From NCBI GenBank assembly GCA_036172245.1, contig JAYWIR010000035.1, positions 1,302,001-1,366,000 of the forward strand: a stretch of DNA of 64,000 nt. The letters run 5' to 3'. The notes under the pieces are model-generated. The model was not told the origin of the DNA. It did not search any database and saw nothing but the letters and a program-made list of their open reading frames with translations. A program made the position numbers and the translations under genes. The DNA is from Raillietiella orientalis (Eukaryota). Shown piece by piece: positions 11,701-21,222 of the stretch. Within the stretch, counting starts at the first letter, position 1, and each line of letters starts with the position of its first letter.

Positions 11701-14700
11701 TCCGGAGCGTCGGTCTTCCCACGAGTCCAAGCCCTCAGGTCTTCTCCCCCACCCTCCGCCGAGGCGAACCATCCCGGGTTTCGCCCTTTGGGTTGCCTCG
11801 CGACGAACGAGCGCGCAGCTCCCCCCCCCCCCCTAAACTCGCCGTGTGCTCTGCTTCCATCTTGGATCGCCCATGGGGAGGGAGCTGGTGCTTTTCCCCC
11901 GCGTTCGCCCGAGGCGAAGGAAGCCGGGCATCTCCCCTTCCCCCTCGAGAAGGTAGGGCGGCGCGAGGAATCCCCACCCTCCGCGCGCGCTTCCGAACCG
12001 CTCCCCCCCCCGTACTTCTGCATCCCTCCCGCGAACAAGCGGGCGTAGGCTCGCGGGGCACCTAGTGACCAGCGGCACCGCCGAGCCTTCCTTCCCCAGC
12101 GAATGGCATCTCACCCACCCTGCCCGCCCCCTCTTAGAGAAGGAGGAAACTAATGATAATAATAATAACAATAACAATAAAAACTTGTGAGCGGCCACCT
12201 CGCCGAGGATAGAGCCACATTCCTGAGCGATGCCATTTTATTTTTCCCTCAGGAAGCCATGGGCGTTTCGTGGTCTTCCAGCGGGGGAAGGCGGCGCAGG
12301 TGCAAGCCCCGAGCTCTCCGACAGCGATGCCTGGAGATTCCTTTCTGGAGTGACCTTCAAGCAAATGAGATCGGTCCAGTGGGTGGAAACGCGTTCTCCA
12401 AGCGTAATGATCTCTATCCAAGGGAGGAGGTGGCTGTGGAACAAACAAGAGGAAAGCCACCTCGGCGATTCGCACGCTCCCGGCCGTCGTCGTCCGGAGC
12501 GAGGCGCGCTGGCGCCGCGGAACCAAAGAAAAAAGTCCGGGGTGCTAATTGCGAAGCGGATCCCGAGACGAGGCGCATCCTCGGCGCTCACGAATCCCTC
12601 CTGCGCGCGTGCGCCGAGCGCGTGCGCCCGCGCGCTTGTTTTACGACGTTTTCGCGCCGCAGCCCTCCTCCGATCGGAAGAGCGGCGGCGCTGCTCCCAC
12701 GAGCGACGGAGGTGGCGCGCGCATCGTCCTGCCTCTTCCGCGCGCGCGCGAGCGTGCCGTGCTGCCTCGGGAGACCTGAGGCAGCAGCAAGGAGGAGACC
12801 CCCAAGGGCAGAGGCCCCTTCCTTCCGATGAGACCGGGAGCGTCTTCCTGAACCCAGGGAATACGGATGCCGGCCACTTCCTGCCACGCCTCACCCCGTG
12901 CTCTGCAAAGAACGTTGGGCGAAGAGCCGTCTTTCGCGGGGAAAGTCCAGAACGTCCGCCTCTTCGACCCGCCGAGGTGGCTTCCTTCCAGAGATGCATT
13001 TCCAGGCGGGAAGACGAAGTGTCCACTCCCGCATCTGATTTTCGAATGTTACCCTTTGCGTGACCATTCTCCGGGGCACCTACGAAGGGGAAAGAAAGTT
13101 TTCCCAGCACCCGCTGGAAACGCCCGGGTGCGTGTCTCCTCCCGCTGGCTTTTCAGAGCTGACCTGTTTCCCAGCGCATCGTGGACCGAGATGGAGGACG
13201 TGGTAGGCCTTGCGACGATAGCCCATGCGTCTCCAAAAAAAAAAAAAACGAATTGGGAGCGTCCCCACCGCCCCATTCCAATCCCTGGTGAGCGACCGAG
13301 CCCGGTTTACGGGCACCGCATGGCGTGCGCATTTCTGAAGTCCAAGCCGGAGGGCATCCATGGTCGCCTTCGTCCCCTCTTGAAAATCTTTACGCGATCA
13401 AGAGCTCCATGGCGGCGGCAGAAATGGCTCGCGTGGAGGTCATCTTTTAGCGAACACCGGGTGTTTGGAAAGCACTTCAGCGATATGATGAGGCACCCTC
13501 CTCTCGATCAGGGCGGAACGCAGGGAAATGGACCGACCCTCGAGGTTTTGTCGGGCAGCAAAAGATACCCCTTGGGTCAATCGTAATGAGTCTTTGCGCT
13601 GACTCTTTGCTGCTCTAATGAGCGCTCGAATGAGTGCTGTGCGGGAGTCCTCGTCGGGAAGGAGTACAAAGGGTCTTACTGAATCCTGAATCCCAGTGCC
13701 CTTCGAAGACCCGAATGAGATCCGCAGTCGCGTACGCCCCGGTTCTGGAGCGATGACATCCCTTGGTATTGTGATGGGAAGGGGGGAGGAGGGGAGGAAG
13801 AGACAGTCGATATCAGAGATCCTTGCTTTGCGAAGGTCGGTCGCGATGCGGGAAGAGGGACGAGTCGGCGCCTTCTGCCAAAGAATTTTCCAGACCGTTC
13901 TTGAAAGATGGCCCCTCCCTCTTGCCGCCTCTTTCCTTCCACTTTTGGGTTTTTGGCTTCTTTCGCACGCGTCTTTTGACCTGCCCCAATTCGTGCTTTC
14001 CCGGCAGCGCCATGGAGTTTCGTCCCCGTTGCCTAGCGAAGGGGAAAATCTTAGCACGATCCAGAAACAGCACGAGACCTGCTCTTGTCGCAGGGACTTA
14101 ATCGTGCTGGTTGGAATCGATCGTATGCTGCGGTGCACCCTGCGAATATGTCAAAGAGGATCTCCCAAAATGAAACTCTGTCTGAGGGATGCTGAGAGCG
14201 CGAGCTTGCAGAGCCAACGAGCACGTGTGAGGTCGCGGAAGTTCGGAAAGCGTCCGAGAGGTTTGACGTACGTCAGAAGCAGGCGGGATAGAAAGTAAGG
14301 AAGGAAGAATAAAATGGAAGACATGCGCGCCGCAAAGTGGGATGGCGACAATCAGATTCGTCGTCACTTTGCGGAACTCTTGCGTTTCAGAGGAAAGGAG
14401 AGCGGTGCCAATTCCTTTGATTGCAAAAAGCATGCCCACACAAAAGTGGGGAGGGAGGGAGGGGGGTAGGATTTGACCTTTTTGTCTCCCCCATATCCTC
14501 TTCTTGTCTTCTTCTGCACCAGCGGAGGGCACGTTTCCCTCCTCTGGTGCCATGGAAACCGCGCTGCAAACCTCGTGCCTGAGTTTTCCTCTTCTCTCGT
14601 AGCCGCAGGGTATTCCAAGCTGCATAGGGCGTGCTGGAGCGTCCAGAGATGCCTGCAGGAGATCCAGCCCACGTATAGGAAAAGAACGCAGGCGGTACTC

Positions 14701-16002
14701 CTCTCAACATGGGCGCGCGCGCGCCACTGCTGCTGCTATTGAAGCCACCATCGCTCTGTGCCTTTCCCTCTTCCCATCCGGAAGGCGAACCCGAGCCGGC
14801 TTTGGGTCGGGTCGCAGCTGAAGCAGGAGTGGGGAGCAGCCACCACCCGTCGTCAACGCTCGTTTATGGCGGGAAGCGCGGGCTCGCCGAAACCGACGAC
14901 TTTCCCCGGCAACGCATGTTGTCACCGCAACGATCGGACGGCGGTAAAGACAAAGCGAAACGTGCGCGCGCGATGCGCGGCCTCCTGAATCGAGCATCCA
15001 AAAAAGAAAAAAAGTCAAAAAAAAAAAAAAAAAAAAAAAAAAAACACTCAAAATAAAAATAAGAAGAAAATCTCGCCGAGGAGCGCCCGTCTCTACTGCA
15101 GCTGCTACACCGTTCACTTGTTCAGCAGCGTAATGAACCATTTGCTGCTCAGCGTGGAGGAAGAGAGGAAACCGGTTCTTTCAGGCAGACCCGATGGGTT
15201 CCCAATGTCTTTTTCCAACCCACCCACCACGATCCGCGTGGAGACCGACCAAAACGGTCACCTCGTGCCGCTCAATGAAGCAACGAAAGCGAAGACGAGA
15301 TGGTTTTCCAGGCATCCGTGCACGCGATGGAAAGTGGCATTCGAGAAGGGGGGGGGGAGGGGGGCTGGAAGGAAAACCGTACTCTCCGGCCAACGTGCCT
15401 CGGGAACGAGCGTGATCGGCAGAGTATCCGGGCCACGTGACTCGGCAACGCACTCCCGTGGCTGAGGAAGATCGCGCGTGCAGGCGTTTCTCGGGTGCGG
15501 AGGAAAATAATCCGAGGCGAAAGCCACCTGCCGCCCGCGAACTCTCGAGTAACTGAGATGAACATGACCATACCCAGGGCATCCACTGGGCGAACAGCTC
15601 CCACCGGGACCTCCGTCGACGGCAGCAGCGCGAACCATCCATTAGGATAGACGGGTCGACTCTTCCCTTGCTTTCTGTGTTGGTGTCTCCGTCCCGAAAC
15701 CGCCGCCGCTTTCGTGCCTGCCATCTTGAAAAGGGAAAACGAATAACAATGGTGACGTCAACGCCGGGTGAAATCAAAACGAAAATGAAAAAAACCGGAA
15801 AAAGGGAAAAAATAAAATAAAATGAAATGAGGCAAAAAAAATAAATCGAAACGAAACACGGGCGGCACGCCGCGATGCAAATTTTCTTTTTTCTTTTTTT
15901 TCGGAAACTGGCAAAATTCCTTACGGAGGTTCTTTGCAGCGGCACACGAATGCACAGGCACACCAAGAGCGCGATGATCGCAGGCAGGAGCCATAAAGCC
16001 AT
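8557..16002 (-). CDS. nvd: Neverland/DAF-36-type Rieske cholesterol 7-desaturase; complement(join(8557..8718,8781..8954,9770..10000,10071..10249,11425..11613,15574..15724,15925..16002)), 387 aa
   Basis: Seven exons total 1164 nt and stay in frame with GT-AG junctions. Motifs: N-terminal hydrophobic anchor, PVYPNGWF, Rieske C-x-H-x17-C-x2-H (CPHIGAH...CPFH), mononuclear iron motif E-x3-D-x2-H-x4-H (ENGSDISHFPAVH), C-terminal ERDIDIWNNK and RRWYNQFYSPNS, all typical of Nvd. Confidence 0.95.
8781..8954 (-). CDS. nvd: nvd exon 6 (IGPGIVHLNFESSWG...VTPLEP...LIM)
   Basis: Acceptor CTAATTTTTTAG; Nvd IGPG and VTPxEP motifs; donor ATG|GTAAAG. Confidence 0.93.
9770..10000 (-). CDS. nvd: nvd exon 5, non-heme iron motif (DIPENGSDISHFPAVH...)
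   Basis: Translated by hand, since the ORF track shows only its tail. 231 nt open; acceptor GACCAG; donor CAG|GTACAG. Confidence 0.93.
10071..10249 (-). CDS. nvd: nvd exon 4 (VPKAVRVRIW...NGFLYVWHH...CHIQ)
   Basis: Acceptor TTTTGCCAG; Nvd-like NGFLYVWHH and CHIQ; donor CAG|GTGTGC, phase 0. Confidence 0.92.
11425..11613 (-). CDS. nvd: nvd exon 3, Rieske [2Fe-2S] domain
   Basis: Acceptor CTTCCCTTCCAG; DAFCPHIGAHMGIGGKVKDDCIVCPFHEW; donor CAG|GTACTC, phase 1. Confidence 0.95.
15574..15724 (-). CDS. nvd: nvd exon 2 (...RPVYPNGWFALLPSTEVPVGAVRPVDALG)
   Basis: Acceptor TTTTCCCTTTTCAAG; Nvd PxYPNGWF motif; donor G|GTATGG, phase 1. Confidence 0.9.
15753..15760. promoter_or_regulatory. Palindromic CRE (TGACGTCA) in nvd intron 1
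   Basis: Exact consensus match; function untested. Confidence 0.3.
15925..16002 (-). CDS. nvd: nvd exon 1 (MALWLLPAIIALLVCLCIRVPLQRTS, membrane anchor)
   Basis: First ATG after in-frame TAG TAG; hydrophobic segment; donor GTAAGG at 15924, phase 0, matching exon 2. Confidence 0.75.
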
Positions 16003-17299
16003 GCTCAGACGACGACAGGGCTACTAAGAGCGGAGAATACCACGAACATGCTGGCAACAGGTGCACGCACCACACACGCGGCGATCCTGCCTTTGACTAG
16101 CGGATACTACGTGCTGGTCCAGTGGCTTCGGCTGCGAGGAAAGAAAGATGTATGGAATGGAAGGGAAGTCGAGGGTTGCCGGATGTAAGCGGTGGCCGCT
16201 CAGCGGGCAGCGCTGGCGGAGTGCGCGGCGCGCGCGCGTGCGCGGGAGCGTGTCGAGGGGCAACCGTTTCCGCATCTCGGACGAACGGGGGCGCCGAGGC
16301 TCTGCCACGCCCCACCCCCCGAGAGGCTCCGTTTTTGCGGGAGCGACGCCGGATGATGAAACCGGGACGGGAGAAGGGGGCGAAGCTGAGGGAGGGAGCC
16401 GGGAGAGGGAAAAGCGAAGGGAAAACGAAGCGGGGACATCCTGCGGGTGGCCCGCCGGCGGCGCGCACTCGATCGCCAGCCCCGTCCTCTCATCCCCCCC
16501 CCCACACTTTCCTCGGCTCCTCTCATGAGACGTTCGCGATCTTTGCACCGAGACGGAAAAGGCCGCGCCCCTCCCTCCCTGCCTCCGGACGCTCGCGGGC
16601 AGGGAAAACCACGTGGAGCGTCGCATCGGGAGCGAAGGGAAGGAGCGCGCGTTCGTCCGGGAAAGTCCCGCCTCTCTCCTGCTCCCCTTCCCTATCGAAA
16701 CCGGAGAGCTTCTACGGGCTTCCCGAAGGAGGAGCCTGCCTTCCCAAAGCGCTCACATGCTCACCCCTCGGATTGAGCGTCTTCTCCAATGAGGTTGGCA
16801 AGTTGGCGGCGCCCCTTCAGCGGACCGGAGAGAGGCGATGGACGGGATGTGGAGTTCCCGGAAACGCGGCCTTCTCGATAGGCCACGTTTCGGCCTCCTT
16901 GGCCGCTCACCCCTTTGCGGCCTTGATTTCTCCGCGAGCCTTCTCATCCCTTTTCCTCCCCGGAGTCCCGGCTGATCCCCCGCGCTGCGTCCGGGAACGC
17001 TCGCGCACAGCGGAAGGGGAACCAAAAAGAGGGGTGGTGGAGCAGGAAAGCAGAGAAAGCCCCGTTTCACACTGAGAGCAGCAGCGGGAGAAGGAAGGGA
17101 TGGACCGGAGGTCGCGACCCCATCTTTCCATCCCCATCTTCGTTTCTTGAAAGCGGGGAGCACAGGACCACAGAAGCAGGAAAAAGAGGCGCCGCAGGTG
17201 GCAGCGGGCGAAGGCGGTGATGGTGGCCTTCGCGGTGGGAGCGCTGGTGGCAGCCTTGCTATCGACGGCGCGCCGCCCGGCGGTGGCGGTGAAGGCGCC

Positions 17300-18200
17300 G
17301 GCGTTGCCGCCAACGCGTCAACGCCAGGGCGAAAGCGGCCGCGACAGAGGTGACCTGGGCACCGTTGGCTCGGTCCGAGGGATGCTGAGCGCGTTCGCTG
17401 GAGCCAACAAGCACGTGTGAGGTTGCAGAAGTGTCCGGGGCCAGTGGACGCGATAGTGGCGATGACCGTTGGGCGCGAGGCGACGATGCTCATGGCAAGA
17501 TGGCCATGTAGGCATCGGCGGCAGCCCCCGGGGGCGAGTGCTGTGTGCGCGCCCGCATCGTTGTCAGCTCTCCGGTTTTCCTGGAGCGCCGGGATGAACC
17601 CGGAAATGGAGGAAAATGATCCGGACAAAGTCCGCTCACAATCCCGCGGATGTGCGTGGATCACCGAGTCCCGACGGCGCCAGGGTGCGCCAGGAGCGGG
17701 GATGCCAGGCACTCGCGCGTTCTCTCCCTTCTTCTCGTCGCGATACGATCCGTCCGTGTATTCAAGGAAGCGGGGGAGGTTCGTGTGGAGGAGGAGGTGA
17801 TGTGACCAAAGGGTGGGCGACATGACCGGCGAGAGAGGGTGGGGGGGAGGGAGAGGAGGGACCGTCGAACTGATGGAGAAAGTGCATTTGTAGGTGGATG
17901 CCGGAGCAGAGTTGGAGGGCAAGAGGGGGGATGAAGCCGGATAGAAGAGGCTGCTTGACAGGTCCCGAGGAGATAAACATGCATTGAGGAGGAGGGGGAG
18001 GGGAACAGAAGGGAGAAGAAGAGAGGACGGGATACCCACCTGTTTCCGTCGCTGCGGTGAGGGAACCAGATGGTTCGCCTGGAACCGATGCAGTCGGCGC
18101 GCCGCACTCACGGGACCGTCCTTGGGTCGGTGTTTTCGGTGTGCGTTCAAGGCCGGGTCTCCTCCTTCCAGCCCGCCGCCTAGCGCCGCCGCGTTCCCGT
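17300..18200 (-). mobile_element. Possible decayed RNase H-bearing LINE (I-group-like) fragment; ends approximate
   Basis: FLEYTDGS resembles the RNase H YTDGS motif. It is preceded by SGSLTAATETGGYPVL, resembling the post-RT SLxAExGxxPL motif. Confidence 0.3.
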
Positions 18201-19702
18201 GTCCTCACGGGACGGGCGATGCGATGCCTCCAGGCGGAGGAGTGGGAAAGGACTCCCCTTTCCTCGACGCCACCGTGCGTCCCCCTGCGAGTGTTTGAAG
18301 GAAGCGAAAGCCTTGCTGCCGCCGCCCCCGGAGGTTCCCCCCACCTCGGCCGGAGCGACGGCGCGCTTCCTCCGTCCGAGTCTCGTCACCTCCAACGAGG
18401 GAATCGCCAGCTCTTCCCAAGCCCTTCCGTTTTGCCGTGCTGCAAGGAGACCGGTTCTCCTGCCTCGGGGAAAAAACTGTTGCTCAGAATATGCCGCTCG
18501 TTGGAGCGGCAGCCCCTCCTCCGCACGCGCACAGTGGGGTGGGCGCGCGTCCCCCAACCGCCTCCTTCAAGCGTCTCGCGTGATTTCCTGCCTCTCCGCC
18601 ATGGCGATCGGGGGGGGAGGGGGGGAGCAGTTTGAAAAACCCTGCGGTGCGATTCTCCGCTCAGCCGGGACAAGAGACGAAAGGGGACGGAGCGAACTGT
18701 CCGTTTCCCGCCCGCCCTCCAGGGCGAACCATCAGCGGCGGATTCCTCGGGACCTGGCAGCCGGAAGCCGGCGGGAGGCAGCAGAACCCCACGCTACCCG
18801 GAGCCGATTTGCCGGTTGAGGTGCACTCCGACGGGCAGCGCCACGGAGCACGCTCCGTTTCGATCGCATCCGCCTCCTGACCAATGTCAGGAGGCCTTCC
18901 GAACCGTCCGATGGATCACCCGGAGGTCGTCGCCGGACCCATGGCAACCCACGAGCGAGAGAAGAACCTGCAGGCGCTGCCAGTCTCCTGGGATGATCCC
19001 CGGCTGCTCGAGAGTCGTGTCTCCTTTCAATCAATGAGAGCGTGGGTCTCATTGATTCGTGTGCGGATTTCGCCCGCATTTGGATTTCATTTCATTGTTT
19101 TCTTGTTCTTGTCTCTTCCACCCCCCCTTCTTGCAACAATGCTCTGCAGCAGCTTTTCAGAGCATTGTTGGCAACAATGCTGGTCGGGATCATGTGATCG
19201 GAAACGGAGCTGCGGCTCGCGTTGGTTGCTCAGCAACCGGATTCCTCCGCATGCCACCTGGAGAAATGCAGTTTCGGGGCGCGCGCGGCTGAGTCCGCGC
19301 GCACACGCGGCTGCCGCCGCCCTCTCGAACGCGTGCAAGGAACCGGACGAACGCGTGTTCGCTGCGGGACGCCCCGTCCGGTTGCCTCGTCCGCGCATCG
19401 TTCCGGCAACCGTTCTTCGAGCCTCCATCACGGCTCGCAGTGACGAAAAGTGACTGGGATCTTCCCTCTGTTCAGCCGCGCGCGTCCCCTGACAACGACC
19501 CGCTGGTCGCGCGTCTTTGGGAGCGAAGAGCCTCGCTCGTTTCGACGGCGAGGAGAAGGGGAAAAGTCTAGCAGGGAGGGAGCAAGATGGAGACGTTTCT
19601 GCGGAAACCACGTCTCCGGGATTCCCGTGCCCCGAGCGGCGGCGCTGTTTCACAATCCTCCTCTTCAAACATCCGCTCTGAGAGGAACGAGGGAAGAATT
19701 TG

Positions 19703-19733
19703 CCTCCTCCTCCTCCTCCTCCTCCTCCTCCTC
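19703..19733. repeat. (CCT)n microsatellite
   Basis: About 10 units, read directly. Confidence 0.9.
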
Positions 19734-20106
19734 TTAGCTCAGAAGATCTGCTGGTGGGTCTTTCCCGTTCCCTTCGCCCAGACATCGAATCGAGCGGCCA
19801 CGGGGAAGACGCCTGCTTCCCGAGGGCTGCGGGCAGCCAGAGATTCCTGGCCGACTGGGACGGCTAGGGGGGCGAGGGGAAGACGAAAAAAGACACTGAC
19901 GCACGCGCACACGCAAGCAAAAAAAAATGCGGAGGGACCAACGGGGAGAAAGAAAGGTGTGCGCGTTTCCTACGCTGGAGATGCGCGTGCTCTCGCACGC
20001 GGAGCTGCTCGTTTTCCGCGTTTCGAAAGAGAGAGAGAGGGGGAAAGAAGAAAACGCGCGCACGTACGCACGCACGCACGCACGCACGCGGAGACAGCAG
20101 CAGAAG

Positions 20107-20107
20107 C

Positions 20108-20145
<38 letters not shown>
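20107..20145. repeat. (CAA)13 microsatellite
   Basis: Read directly; preceded by a (GCAC)n run near 20067-20088. Confidence 0.9.
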
Positions 20146-20146
<1 letters not shown>

Positions 20147-20279
20147 AGCACAAAAAGAGTGTGGGGGATTGGTTTAGGATACGCGGGAGAGAATGAGGGA
20201 AAGGAAAAGTCGAAAATGAAAAATGAAAATCGCGGCGCGTACGCGCGTACGGCCGAAGCGAAAATGGATCTCTCGGATT

Positions 20280-20299
20280 GCGCGCGCGCGCGCGCGCGC
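20280..20299. repeat. (GC)10 alternating tract
   Basis: Read directly from the sequence. Confidence 0.9.
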
Positions 20300-20746
20300 C
20301 CCACTCTGCCACCGAAACTTCTTACGTGTGTGTGTCTGTTGTGTGTTTTTGAATGTTTGCTCCGGTCTTCCTTTTCTTTCCCTTTTCTCAATCCCGAAAA
20401 TCCCGAGCCCTCTTCTGGATTCGTGCGAAAAAAAAAAAAATAAAGATGCAGGCGAAGGCAAAAAAAAAAAACAAAAATCGCGCGCGCAGTCCGGCCGCCA
20501 GGCGAGGACGAACGAGCGAGGAGCGTGCGCGCTTGCGCAGGCGCCGCGCGCGCCCCGTGTTCCTCTGGTGGCGGGCGGCGGTGGCGGGGAGAGGAGGAGG
20601 AGGGGGGAGGGAGGAGGAGGGGGAGGGAGGTCCGCGCGCGCGACGACGAATCGCTCGGGGAGACGTCGATCGGCCGAATATCGGCCATCTTCGTACTCTC
20701 GATTTTCTTTAAAACATCTCTTGCTGCCTTGTCGATCTGGAGTTGC

Positions 20747-20780
20747 TGACGTAACCACCTCGATCCTAATATAGGGCGGG
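20747..20780 (+). promoter_or_regulatory. Candidate CYP307 proximal promoter: CRE-like TGACGTAA, TATA-like TAATATAG and GC box GGGCGG
   Basis: Motifs lie 52-85 nt upstream of the ATG; sequence match only. Confidence 0.35.
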
Positions 20781-20831
20781 CGATCGGCTGCCGTCGACAC
20801 AACACTCGGTGACCGATACTCGGTGCCTAAG

Positions 20832-21222
20832 ATGGAGCTGACGCTAACACCGCTGACCTACCTGCTGCTGACTGTCGTTTTCGTTCTTCTGGTGTTCACG
20901 AGTTCGGCGCAGACGGTCCCATACCTGGTCGGCTCGAAGGGGAAATGTCTTTCCCGGCGCCGGCGGCCGCCCGGCCCGTGGTCCATGCCTCTTCTGGGGA
21001 ACCTGCTATCCCTGGGCAAATACGAGACTCTTTCGGAAGCCTTCGCCGACCTGAGGAGCAAGTACGGAGACGTGTTCTCCCTGCAGCTGGGCAGCCAGAG
21101 GTGTGTCGTCGTGAGCAGCTTCCCCGTCATGAAGGAGGTGCTCATCAAACGCGGCGTCAGCTTCAGCGGAAGGCCCAACTTCCTGCGCTACCACCGGCTA
21201 TTCGGTGGCGACCGGGATAACT
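20832..21222 (+). CDS. CYP307: CYP307 exon 1
   Basis: ATG at 20832; transmembrane anchor; PPGPWSMPLLGNL; ends GGDRDN with donor T|GTGAGT. Confidence 0.92.

Noticed and set aside
12187..14298. Long ORFs inside nvd intron 2 (possible nested gene)
   Set aside because: No domain motifs or coherent exon chain; both strands are open because of GC richness.
19864..20805. 313-aa minus-strand ORF with poly-Leu, and its poly-Gln/Thr/Cys counterparts
   Set aside because: These are translations of the (CAA)n microsatellite and adjacent repeats.
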